A DNA stretch of 64,000 nucleotides from Phycisphaerae bacterium (lineage in GTDB: Bacteria > Planctomycetota > Phycisphaerae > UBA1845): NCBI GenBank assembly GCA_963666835.2, contig CAXXGO010000006.1, positions 544,001 through 608,000 of the forward strand, given 5' to 3'. The notes beneath the pieces were generated by a model. The model saw only the letters and a program-made list of their open reading frames with translations. It did no database searches and had not been told where the DNA came from. Of the stretch, positions 1 to 9,592 are shown one piece after another (position 1 is the stretch's first letter; each line of letters opens with the position of its first letter). The translations under genes and the position numbers were made by a program.

Positions 1-1014
1 CTTGAAGCGCAGGGGCGTGCGCGGCTGACCGGGTTACGGCTGGCCCGGGTCCTTCGAAAAAGCGGCGCAGAGATCGTCCACGCCCGCAATACGTGCTGCT
101 GGGCCGACGCGCTGCTTGCCCGGTTGTTTCTTCCGGGTATCCGTCTTGTTCTGGGGTTCCATGGACTGGACAACGGTGAACTGTTCTCTGTTCGGCAACG
201 GCGGCTGGCCCGTTGGGGTATACGCCTGGGGGCACGGTTCACCAGCGTTTCCGAAGCCGGTCGGCGGCAGTTGCAGGACCAAGCAGGGGTCCCCCCCCAC
301 CTTGTCGAAGTGATCGCCAACGGAGTGGATCTGACGCGATTCTCTGTACCCCAATCCACCGCCCGGCGTCGTGTGCGGCGAGTTCTGCGCTTTGGCGAAT
401 CGGATCTCGCGGTAGGGATCGTCGGCTCCCTGAGCGCGGTCAAAGGCCACAAGGTGCTCTTGGATGCTCTGGTTCGAGCTTCGGCGGCGGTGCCTTCGCT
501 TACGGCCTGCATCGTCGGCGACGGTCCGCAGCGTTCATCCCTCCAAGAGAAGGCCCATTCCGCGGGTTTAGCTGATCGGGTCCGATTCACCGGTTGGCGC
601 GAAGGCGTTGCGAGGTTGTTGCCGGCTATGGACCTCTATGTGTGCAGCAGCCTGTCCGAGGGGATGAACAACGCCTTGCTGGAGGCTATGGCCTCGGGAC
701 TTCCGGTCGTAGCGACGGACGTGGGAGACAATGCCCGCGTCATCCGCGACGAGGTGGACGGCCTGATCGCGGCACCCGGTTCCATCGAGTCGCTGGCAGT
801 TGCAATAGTGAGACTTGCCCGGGACTCCGGCACACGCCGGGAGTTCGCCGTGGCCGCCCGCCGGCGGGTCGAGAGCTTCGATTTCCGGCAAACCGTCGCC
901 GCGTATGAGCGTTACTACGGGGACCTCCTCAATCCCCGGGGAGCGCTAGAGGGTGAGGCACCGACCGGCACGCCGGATAGAAGCGGTCCCAAGAGCCTCT
1001 CGTTGGCAAGATGA
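1..1014 (+). CDS. Glycosyltransferase family 4 (GT-B), 5'-partial
   Basis: Frame is open from base 1 (LEAQGRAR...IVHARN). GT4 motifs: IANGVD, VGSLSAVKGH, VGDGP, SLSEGMNNALLEAMASGLPVVATDVG. Confidence 0.92.
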   Translation, partial: LEAQGRARLTGLRLARVLRKSGAEIVHARNTCCWADALLARLFLPGIRLVLGFHGLDNGELFSVRQRRLARWGIRLGARFTSVSEAGRRQLQDQAGVPPHLVEVIANGVDLTRFSVPQSTARRRVRRVLRFGESDLAVGIVGSLSAVKGHKVLLDALVRASAAVPSLTACIVGDGPQRSSLQEKAHSAGLADRVRFTGWREGVARLLPAMDLYVCSSLSEGMNNALLEAMASGLPVVATDVGDNARVIRDEVDGLIAAPGSIESLAVAIVRLARDSGTRREFAVAARRRVESFDFRQTVAAYERYYGDLLNPRGALEGEAPTGTPDRSGPKSLSLAR

Positions 1015-1444
1015 TCAAGCGACGTCCGTCCCGGCGAAGGTTATGGGACCATTTCCCTGGGGAATCACCTCACTGCGGTGGCGGGGGGTGTTTCGAATAT
1101 AGGGACCATCACCTGCCGTTCGGCGAGCCCACCCGCTGAGTCGGCTGTGGGGATCCCATCGGTAGGGAGGGCGCTCGGAGGGTCCGGTAATGCAACCTGT
1201 AATTTGGTCCGTGCGGTCCACCTGCAAGACCGTCCGTCCTTAAGCCTCAAGCGCCCCTCGTTCGCGTCCGAAAAGACAAGTGTACGCGGTTTCTCCGCGC
1301 GGACTGCGCGGGGAGTTACGCGCTGTCGGCTGGCCCGATATGAGCCTTCTGCTGAAAGGTGGGAACCTCGACGGCAGTGTAGTTAGCGCGGGTTATCGGC
1401 GCCGCGACGGCGCATCCGTTTCTCTGGAAGAGACAGGATAAGCA

Positions 1445-3319
1445 GTGACAAAGCTAGGGCATATATCAGACCCTACCCGTGGGCAGGATGGCGGAGTGCC
1501 ACCGCAAACGGAGCGTGCACAGGAAGACGATCGTCCATTTGCGGAGATACGGCGCAACCTGCAAGATGGGTTGCGGATGTTGTCTCTGCACCGTTGGACG
1601 TTCTTCATCCCGTTTTGCATCGTGACCAGTGGAGCGTTCATCTTAAGCCTCTACTACCCGCGAACCTACTCGGCCAAGACAAGTTTCGAGCGGCGCAATG
1701 ATCCGATTCTTGCGGATCTGTCTCTGTCTCAGGGAGCCGCTACGTTTAAGCTGTTTAGAACGACTATCGGACGGGATCTTACTTCGACGGAGCACATGAT
1801 CGAAGTCGTCGAGAACCTGGGGCTCACCAAGGATTTCGAACGTGACGAAAACGGAGAGCTTACTCCCGCGTCAATACGCCAGCGGACCGGTTTGGCCCAC
1901 ACCCTTGGAAGCGGGATCCGAATCACCACGCGAACGCCCAACGAACACACCGACATCGTCAACATCAAATACACCGGTCCCGATCCGAAGATCGGGAAGA
2001 AGCTCCTCGACGAGGTGAAGGCCACTTACATTCGCCGCACGATGGAATGGGTCCAGCAACATCTCGAAGGTCTGCGGGATTACTACGTCGCGGAGGCCGC
2101 TGAAGCACTGAAGAACTTGCGAGCTGCAGAAGCCGCCCAAACGCAATTGCGACTCGACAATCCGTTCTTGAACCCCCAGAACCCCGGAGCCATTTCGGGG
2201 AGAATCTCCCAGCTTGAACTAACCAAAAGCGAGCTGGTTCGCCGCCGCCGCGAGTACATGGCGGACTTGGAAGCGCAGCGTCAGATGCTCGCATCGGTGG
2301 AGTCTCAAATCGAGGCTCAAGGGGCCAAGATCGAGCGAGACCGGGAACCCGTTGAGGTGGTCCACTACAGTCCGCAGGCTCGGCGCCTCTTGGAAGAGAT
2401 CGCCGAGATCGACTCGAAAATCGACGAACTCAAAGTCACTCGGGGAATGACCGACGCCCACCCGGAGATCCAAGAGATGCTGACCTCTCGGCGATGGCGG
2501 GAGGCCGAGCTAAGCGAGCAGCAGGTTCACGACCACGAAACGGCGGTCACCAACGTCGGTTTGGACGCGGTATCGGCGGGGACAGCCGAAGCGGTGATCG
2601 AATTGACGGGTCCTTGGCAGAGCGATCGCGCCCGCATCCTTGCGCAGATTGCCGCCCAGGAAGCCAAGATCAAGGAAACCGACATTAGTATCGAGTCCAA
2701 CAAGCAGGAGACGGATCAGCTCAATGATGCAATGGCCCGGATTTTCGATCTTCAGGAGGCGTTTGCCGACGCCGCAGACCGGGTTTCCGATACCCGCCGA
2801 GAGCACTCCAACGTGACCTCGATTCTCGCCCGAATCGAGCCGGCTATAAAAGCCAACGAGCAGGACAGGCTACTGCACTGGTCGATAGGGGAGCCGGCGC
2901 AGGGGGGGATCGTGCCCGTCAACCCCAAGGCTCGAACGGTGGTTCTGCTGGCGCTGCTTGCCGGAATCGCCGCCGGGGTCCTGTTTGTTGTTCTGGCGGA
3001 AGTGCTCGATCACGTCTACCGCAGTTCCGGACAGGTGCTCCGCTCGCTCGGTTTGCCCATTCTCGACGCTGTTGACGAGATCGTGACATCGCAGGATCGC
3101 CGCCGAATCCTCGTTCGCAGAACGGTGATTACACCGTTGTTGTTGGTTTCTTGCCTCGGGTTCACCGGGGCCGCAGGAGCCATGGCCTACCTGAGCATCC
3201 AGCGACCACAGACTTACGGTCGAGTTCAGGAGATCCCGCGCGCGGCGCTCGACGCTCTGGTTGGGGAGACCCAGGTGAACCCCGTGACGTCGGAAGCTCC
3301 GGGAACCACGCCGCCGTAA
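1445..3319 (+). CDS. Polysaccharide chain-length determinant (Wzz/GumC/Wzc-N-like), no kinase domain
   Basis: N-terminal TM then YSAKTSF, long coiled coil with TDAHPEI, C-terminal PVNP + TM + EVLD...LGLPIL. Follows a GT4 gene. Confidence 0.85.
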   Translation: MTKLGHISDPTRGQDGGVPPQTERAQEDDRPFAEIRRNLQDGLRMLSLHRWTFFIPFCIVTSGAFILSLYYPRTYSAKTSFERRNDPILADLSLSQGAATFKLFRTTIGRDLTSTEHMIEVVENLGLTKDFERDENGELTPASIRQRTGLAHTLGSGIRITTRTPNEHTDIVNIKYTGPDPKIGKKLLDEVKATYIRRTMEWVQQHLEGLRDYYVAEAAEALKNLRAAEAAQTQLRLDNPFLNPQNPGAISGRISQLELTKSELVRRRREYMADLEAQRQMLASVESQIEAQGAKIERDREPVEVVHYSPQARRLLEEIAEIDSKIDELKVTRGMTDAHPEIQEMLTSRRWREAELSEQQVHDHETAVTNVGLDAVSAGTAEAVIELTGPWQSDRARILAQIAAQEAKIKETDISIESNKQETDQLNDAMARIFDLQEAFADAADRVSDTRREHSNVTSILARIEPAIKANEQDRLLHWSIGEPAQGGIVPVNPKARTVVLLALLAGIAAGVLFVVLAEVLDHVYRSSGQVLRSLGLPILDAVDEIVTSQDRRRILVRRTVITPLLLVSCLGFTGAAGAMAYLSIQRPQTYGRVQEIPRAALDALVGETQVNPVTSEAPGTTPP

Positions 3320-3378
3320 CCGGTGTCGGTTGTCAAACCGCTTGCCCCTGCGCCGACCCGCGTATGGACGGAAAACCC

Positions 3379-4962
3379 TCAGACGGACTCAGCTTCGTCG
3401 GCCTTCTGGGAGGCGGGGAAGAACACTCGTACAACGGTCCCCTTGCCGACGGCGGATTCCACCAGAGCATGCGCATGGTGCTGGCGCAAGATACCGTGGA
3501 CCGCGGCGAGCCCGAGGCCGTGCCCTTCCACCTTCGTTGTGAAGAACGGGTCGAAGACGCGCTGGATGGTGGATTCGTCCATTCCGCAGCCGTTATCTGC
3601 GACGGCCAGCTCGACATAGCGCCCTGCTTTGGCACCGTGCGGAGTGCATCGCAACGCTTGTGCCGCGGTAAGGTCCGTCAGTTGGGTCGTGATGCAGATT
3701 ATTCCCTTTCCGGAAATCGCGTGGTAGGCGTTGAGGCACAGGTTCAGCAGGATCTGTTCGACTTGGCCCTTATCGGCGAGGATCGGGGGGAGCCCCTCCG
3801 CGAGCTGCAGGTCAAGCTGGTCCCTTCCGCCAATAGACGAGCAGATCAGCTTGAGGGCATCGTACACTATGGCGTTCAATCCGGCGGGAAGAGGATTGTA
3901 GCGCCCGGTTCGAGCGTATCGGAGCAGGTGGCCGATGAAGTCCCGAGCCTGAAAACCGGCGTCTTCGATGGACTCCAATAGTGCCAGCGCTTCGTCAGAG
4001 AGCCCGTCTACCGAGCGCAGCAACGCCGCATTGCCGAGGATTACCGCGAGTGAGCTGTTGAAATCGTGAGCGACCCCGCTGGCCAGCACTCCGAGACTCT
4101 CGAGCTTCTGCGACATGCGCAACTGCAGTTCCATAGCCTCGCGAGCCGAGACGTCTACGGCCATAGAGCAAACTCGCTGAATCCGACCGTCCGCGTCGAC
4201 CAGACGCGCTATGAACCACTCACAGGTTAATCTCGTGCCGTCTTGCCGCACATTATCGGCAACAAAGCGGTTCGACCCTGTGCCCGTAGCCAAGCCGGCC
4301 CACACCGTGCCGGGCGCCGACGCTTCTTCTGCCGGAACGATCAACTCGTTCGGCGTCTTACCGAGCGCCTCAGCACGGCTGTAGCCGAAGAGCTGCTCCG
4401 CCTCCGGGCCCCATTCCATGACGCGGCAATCGCCACCCCAGACAATGTGCGCCAACGGCATCTCATCAGTGCGAGTCTGCAGGTTGCCAAGGACCTTGTG
4501 GGGACGATCGCCCGCCTGCCGCAGATCTGCCTTCCTCTCTATCCCGTCGGAGACGTCCCGCAGCGAGATTATGATATGACCGTCACCAAGGTCTGCGGCC
4601 CGCGCCTCGACGGTAATCCGTCCCCCGTCTTTGCGGGTTATAGGAACCTCTACCGCCCGCAGTTTATCGGCCGTCGAGTCCCCGGGCCCTCCCGCCGCGC
4701 TCCAAAACGGTGTCGACGGAGTCAGATCGGAAAGCCGTTGGCCGAGCAGCTCCTCCTGTGAATATCCGAGCAGCTCGCGTGCGGCTTGGTTGGCCATAAC
4801 GAGACGGCCCGCAGTGTCGGCGATCAGGATCGCTTCGCCGAGCCGCTCGAAAGCCAGGCAAAGGTCCAACCCGCTCGGCACAGCAGGCGATTCCACCGGC
4901 TCTGCAGTGCCGCTCGGCCTGCCCGGTCCCTGTGAGCTCTTAGCCGGTTGGGGAGTGTCCAT
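3379..4962 (-). CDS. PAS-PAS sensor histidine kinase (no receiver domain)
   Basis: Two PAS domains, H-box QKLESLGVLASGVAHDFN, N-box QILLNLCLNA, DNGCGM, FDPFFTTK, GHGLGL. Start placed at ATG 4962 (uncertain). Confidence 0.9.
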   Translation of the reverse strand: MDTPQPAKSSQGPGRPSGTAEPVESPAVPSGLDLCLAFERLGEAILIADTAGRLVMANQAARELLGYSQEELLGQRLSDLTPSTPFWSAAGGPGDSTADKLRAVEVPITRKDGGRITVEARAADLGDGHIIISLRDVSDGIERKADLRQAGDRPHKVLGNLQTRTDEMPLAHIVWGGDCRVMEWGPEAEQLFGYSRAEALGKTPNELIVPAEEASAPGTVWAGLATGTGSNRFVADNVRQDGTRLTCEWFIARLVDADGRIQRVCSMAVDVSAREAMELQLRMSQKLESLGVLASGVAHDFNSSLAVILGNAALLRSVDGLSDEALALLESIEDAGFQARDFIGHLLRYARTGRYNPLPAGLNAIVYDALKLICSSIGGRDQLDLQLAEGLPPILADKGQVEQILLNLCLNAYHAISGKGIICITTQLTDLTAAQALRCTPHGAKAGRYVELAVADNGCGMDESTIQRVFDPFFTTKVEGHGLGLAAVHGILRQHHAHALVESAVGKGTVVRVFFPASQKADEAESV

Positions 4963-5470
4963 AACCCCATCATACCAACCCGCGTAACGCTTGCGACCGC
5001 ACAAGCGGGGCACCTGGAGTTTGTGCCTCGTCCGGCCGATTGAACGGCAAGTTTCACCGTACAATCGGTCATTTCCCGGTCAATTTCCTTGACCGGCTGG
5101 AGCAGAATCACTATTCTGGTAGTTCTCGACGAGGAGGGTGTTATGCGCGCCGGGGTCGTTGGGAAGCGGGTCGGCGCGGTTTGTACGGCGATGCCGCACG
5201 GGCGGCGGGCTCGTACGAGGGGTGTGGGTATGAACAACGGTTGTCACGGTCATTCCGGCGGAGTGTTCCGCGATGGTCGGTTCTACCCCGCAAGCGCCCT
5301 TTCTTGTCCCACCTCAGCACTTTCATCTGCAGTATCGGTGCCGCATACGCGTCAGGGGGGACGGCGGCTTGGGAGGATGTTATCGACGCAGTCGTCAATT
5401 CAGGCCGATGTCGGATCGGCACCAGGGCGGCTAACACTAGACCAGGATTCAACACCTGAGGGAGGGACAC

Positions 5471-8400
5471 ATGCGCTCGTTTAGATCGAGCCTCGGTTTG
5501 GCCTTATGTGCATTGGCGATCGCGCTGCTCGGTGGCAGCCCCGTCGCCGGCGCGGTTTGGGTCGGCATGGCTAGCGATGGATCAGCCGTCGTGGAAGAAC
5601 TGGCCGTTTCCGAATCGCCGGCAGTAACCGTGCGCGGGTACGACGACAGCGGGATCGACGTAGCCATAGCGATTCCAGGAATTGCGTTCTCCGCCGAGAA
5701 GACCAAGGGCGGGGAGTTCGTCAACGTGGATTGGACGGAAGCCCCCCTGACGGGTGAGGTTGGTACGCCCGGTCTGCCCGTCGTTCGGCGGCTATTCGTG
5801 GTGCCGAATGGAATGACGGCGACCCTCGAGGTATTCACCGGCGAGAGCCTGGTTATCGATGCGGACGTCACGGGAATTGCGCTGCCGGTCAAGCCGGTCC
5901 AGCCGCCCATTCCGAAGCTCCCGGGCGCCCGGGAGAACGCGGTCTTCGTCATGGACGCCGCATCGTACGCGGCCGGTGCCAACATGCTCCCCGAGCGCGC
6001 GGTCATCCAGGACCTGGGTATCGTCCGCGGGCAGCATCTTATGCTTCTCGAAGTACGCCCGGTCGACTACACCCCGGCAGCCAATGTGCTGACGTTCTGG
6101 CCGGACCTGCAGGTCGAGATCAACTTTGAGGGTGAAGCGGCTCCGGCCAGCGCCTTGTCGGCTATGCCCGGGCTGAACCGCATCGTGCTCAACCCGCAGC
6201 AGGCTCAAGGCGGTACTCGCGGCGACGGCAATTACCTGATTATAACCGGGACGAACTTCGAGACGGATATCGCCGGTTTTGCAGCGGCCAAGGCCGCCCA
6301 GGGATTCACCGTGACCACTCATGCCGTATCCCCGGGAACCTCAAGCAGCACCATTAAGTCCTACATCCAGGGATTGTGGGGCACGGCCGACGCTCCCGAG
6401 TACGTTCTGCTCGTGGGTGATACTGAGACGATCCCGGCGTGGACGGGTTCCGGAACCGGAAGCCCGGACACGGACATCCAATACGGATGCATGGACGGGA
6501 GCAGCGATTGGTATCCCGACATCGCCATCGGGCGTTTCCCGGTGGATAACGCCACGGAGTTGCAGACCATCGTCGACAAGACTCTGTATTACGAGAACGG
6601 TCCGCTGGCCGACCCCACGTACAAGAAACGCGCCGTTTTCATGGCTTCGGTGGACAACTACTCGATTTCCGAGGGGACCCACAATTACGTGATCAACACG
6701 CACCTGGATCCGAACGGTTTCGTGTCAGATAAGCTATACCAGGTAACGTACGGCGCGGACACGGACGACGTCATCAACTCCTTCAACGACGGACGTTTCT
6801 TCGGCGTCTACAGCGGGCACGGTGGAACGTACTCTTGGGGTGATGGCCCGCCGCTGAGCCAGACTCAGGTAAGAGATCTGACCAACGCGAACATGTACGC
6901 GTTCATCTGCAGTTTTGCCTGCATCACGGGGACCTACACCGTGGACGAGTGCTTCATGGAGACCTGGGTCCTGACCGATAACGGCGCCGTCACGGCCTGC
7001 GGTTCCTCGGTCAACAGTTGGTGGGATGAGGACGACATCCTGGAGAAGCGCCTATTCGATGCCATCTTCGACAACGCGGATGCGGTGAAAACGGAAGCGG
7101 GTCCGGTGTACAACGAAGCCAAGCTGCGCTTCCTCGCTCACTTTGGCGCCGATTCGGATACCCGGCGGTACTTCGAGATGTATAACCTGATGGGTGACCC
7201 GGCATTGGGTCTTCCGGCGGCCTGTTCGGACGCCGGCGAGCTGCAGGTGGGGCAAAGCAGTTATGCATGTGAAGATACCGTCGAAATCGAGCTGACGGAC
7301 TGCGGTCTGAATCTCGACGACGGCGTGGTTGACACCGTTGATGTGACGATCTCTTCGGATTCGGAAGCAGCGGGCGAAGTGGTCACGTTGACCGAGACCG
7401 ACGGGGCTTCGGCGCAGTTCCAAGGCTCCATCGCGGTCAGTGTGACGGACAGTGCCGGCGTGCTGCTCATCGCCGAGAACGACACGATAACGGTGACCTA
7501 CATCGATGCTGATGACGGTCAGGGCGGAACCAATGTGGTGGTGACCGCTACGGCGGGGGTCGACTGTACGCCGCCGGACATCTCGAACGTACGTACCACG
7601 GTGGTGGAGCCGCGTGACGCTACGGTGGCCTTAGATGCTAATGAGCCCGTGCGGGGGACAGTCAATTACGGCTACACCTGCGCCAATCTTGCGTGGTCCG
7701 CCTCCGGCAGTGGCTACTCTCTGTTCCCGACCGTTAACCTCTCGGGTCTGCAGGATGACCGGACGTACTACTACGCCGTCGAGGCGGAGGACCAAGCCGG
7801 CAACTCGGTTAGCGATGACGCCGGCGGGTCATGCTATTCGTTCACTACTCCCGAGGTACCCGATTTCTTCACCGAACTGTTCGATGACACCGAGTTTGAC
7901 TTGGCGAACATGTCGGTGGAGTTCGCTCCCAACGGCTCGACCGATTTCTACGATGCCTGCATGGAGGAAGACGTCTTCTCCCTGCCGACCGATCCGGCCG
8001 GGGGCACCACGGTGACGTGGACTTCCGGAACAGACGACGACGGCTATAGCACTATCACCTTGAGCGGTGGCGCCACCGTGTCGATCTACGGAACCGCTTA
8101 CTCGACGTTCTACATCGGTACGAACGGATATATCACCTTTGTTCACGGTGAGACCGGTACGACGGAATCTCTGAGCGTTCACCTCTCCGGTATCCCGCGG
8201 ATCTCCGGCCTGTTCGACGATCTGGACCCCGGCGAAGGCGGAAGCGTGACCTGGAAGCAGCTTGGCGATCGGGCGGTCGTTACCTGGGAGAACGTGCCGG
8301 AGTACAACACCAGCAACTCCAACACGTTCCAGATCGAGATGTACTTCGATGGCACGATCAGGCTCAGCTATTTGGCGATTGCTGTGGAGGACGGTCTGGT

Positions 8401-9199
8401 CGGGCTCTCCGAGGGTGTGGGCATCGATCCGGACTTCATCGAGTCGGACCTTTCCGAGCTGGGCCCCTGTGCCCCGCCGGGCGACTGTGATGATGACGGC
8501 GACACCGACGAGGACGATTTCGCTGTTCTTTGGGACTGCTTCTCCGGTACGGATGGGGGAGTCGGAACCGGCTGCGGCTGCGTCAACCTGGATCGTGACA
8601 ACGACGTTGACTGCAAGGACTGGAACGAGTTTAGGAATCTGTGGACATACGGTGATCCGCCGACGTTCCCGCCGTGCGTTCGCCCGACGGCCGCGGCGGC
8701 AGGTTCGCGGTTCCTGGCGGTGACCCTCACTGAAGGACTCGACCCGGCGGCCATCTTGATTACCGGCGACTCCGCCGATCCGGCCGTAGCGTGTCTGTCG
8801 GTGTACGTACAGACGGATGGAACGCTTGGGCCCGACCCGGTCTTCCAGCTACCGAGCGAATGGGGCACTATCAGTGTCACAGGCCCCCAGATCGGTCCGA
8901 ACACGCAATACGCGGTTCAGGGAGACTACGGGACCGTAGGTAGCCCGATGCTGTCTCAGGAGGAGGAAGTAACCACCTGGCTCTGGGCTGATACCGACCA
9001 CAACCTCGTGGTCAGCATCGCCGACGTGCAGTCTTTGGTTCTGGAGTTCCAGAGTCCCGGCGGAATACCGATCGAGGCGGCGGACCAAGCTAACTGCATA
9101 CCGGATGGGGTCATCAACATGACCGACATCCAGTGGGCGGTCAGTTCGTTCCAGGGCAGCACTTTCTGGGGCGGGCAATGTGCCGCACCGTGCCCGTAA
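5471..9199 (+). CDS. Secreted C25 (gingipain-like) cysteine peptidase with propeptide, FN3-like, NIDO-like and dockerin-like domains
   Basis: RBS GGAGG, signal peptide, propeptide (GTPGLPVVRRL), C25 motifs YVLLVGD, IAIGRFP, YSGHG (His, 6818), SFAC (Cys, 6920), YNLMGDP. Dockerin-like pair GDCDDDGDTD/NLDRDNDVD. Ends ...PCP*. Confidence 0.88.
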   Translation: MRSFRSSLGLALCALAIALLGGSPVAGAVWVGMASDGSAVVEELAVSESPAVTVRGYDDSGIDVAIAIPGIAFSAEKTKGGEFVNVDWTEAPLTGEVGTPGLPVVRRLFVVPNGMTATLEVFTGESLVIDADVTGIALPVKPVQPPIPKLPGARENAVFVMDAASYAAGANMLPERAVIQDLGIVRGQHLMLLEVRPVDYTPAANVLTFWPDLQVEINFEGEAAPASALSAMPGLNRIVLNPQQAQGGTRGDGNYLIITGTNFETDIAGFAAAKAAQGFTVTTHAVSPGTSSSTIKSYIQGLWGTADAPEYVLLVGDTETIPAWTGSGTGSPDTDIQYGCMDGSSDWYPDIAIGRFPVDNATELQTIVDKTLYYENGPLADPTYKKRAVFMASVDNYSISEGTHNYVINTHLDPNGFVSDKLYQVTYGADTDDVINSFNDGRFFGVYSGHGGTYSWGDGPPLSQTQVRDLTNANMYAFICSFACITGTYTVDECFMETWVLTDNGAVTACGSSVNSWWDEDDILEKRLFDAIFDNADAVKTEAGPVYNEAKLRFLAHFGADSDTRRYFEMYNLMGDPALGLPAACSDAGELQVGQSSYACEDTVEIELTDCGLNLDDGVVDTVDVTISSDSEAAGEVVTLTETDGASAQFQGSIAVSVTDSAGVLLIAENDTITVTYIDADDGQGGTNVVVTATAGVDCTPPDISNVRTTVVEPRDATVALDANEPVRGTVNYGYTCANLAWSASGSGYSLFPTVNLSGLQDDRTYYYAVEAEDQAGNSVSDDAGGSCYSFTTPEVPDFFTELFDDTEFDLANMSVEFAPNGSTDFYDACMEEDVFSLPTDPAGGTTVTWTSGTDDDGYSTITLSGGATVSIYGTAYSTFYIGTNGYITFVHGETGTTESLSVHLSGIPRISGLFDDLDPGEGGSVTWKQLGDRAVVTWENVPEYNTSNSNTFQIEMYFDGTIRLSYLAIAVEDGLVGLSEGVGIDPDFIESDLSELGPCAPPGDCDDDGDTDEDDFAVLWDCFSGTDGGVGTGCGCVNLDRDNDVDCKDWNEFRNLWTYGDPPTFPPCVRPTAAAAGSRFLAVTLTEGLDPAAILITGDSADPAVACLSVYVQTDGTLGPDPVFQLPSEWGTISVTGPQIGPNTQYAVQGDYGTVGSPMLSQEEEVTTWLWADTDHNLVVSIADVQSLVLEFQSPGGIPIEAADQANCIPDGVINMTDIQWAVSSFQGSTFWGGQCAAPCP

Positions 9200-9228
9200 T
9201 CGAGCCGGTTGCGGTTGTCTGAATAGCC

Positions 9229-9264
9229 GAAGGGCCGGGGGAGAATCAACTTCCCCGGCCCTTC
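9229..9264 (+). terminator. Hairpin, probable terminator after the C25 gene
   Basis: GAAGGGCCGGGG...CCCCGGCCCTTC perfect 12-bp stem 30 nt after the stop; weak U-tract. Confidence 0.55.
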
Positions 9265-9592
9265 CTCTATGGAAAGCGAGGATCAATGGACGGTCAAGTG
9301 GGCAGGCGGAACACCGGCACCGCTTTGCCGAATACCGAACTCCCATCTGTCGATGCCCCGCCCGCCAAGCGGAACTTCTTAATTAATCGGCAGAGACCGC
9401 GCCACGCAACATGGACAATAGACTGCATATTGGGCTTGTTCGGCGGGATGCACGAAAACCCGGCAATTTGTCAGCCTATGTCGATGTTGTTACAATACGG
9501 TGCTGGTTTTGGTGCCCCTGCCGATTCACCCAGATCGACAGGGCTTGCGCAAGTCGACAATTCGCAACGATGAGAGATTGAGGGGAACGCCC

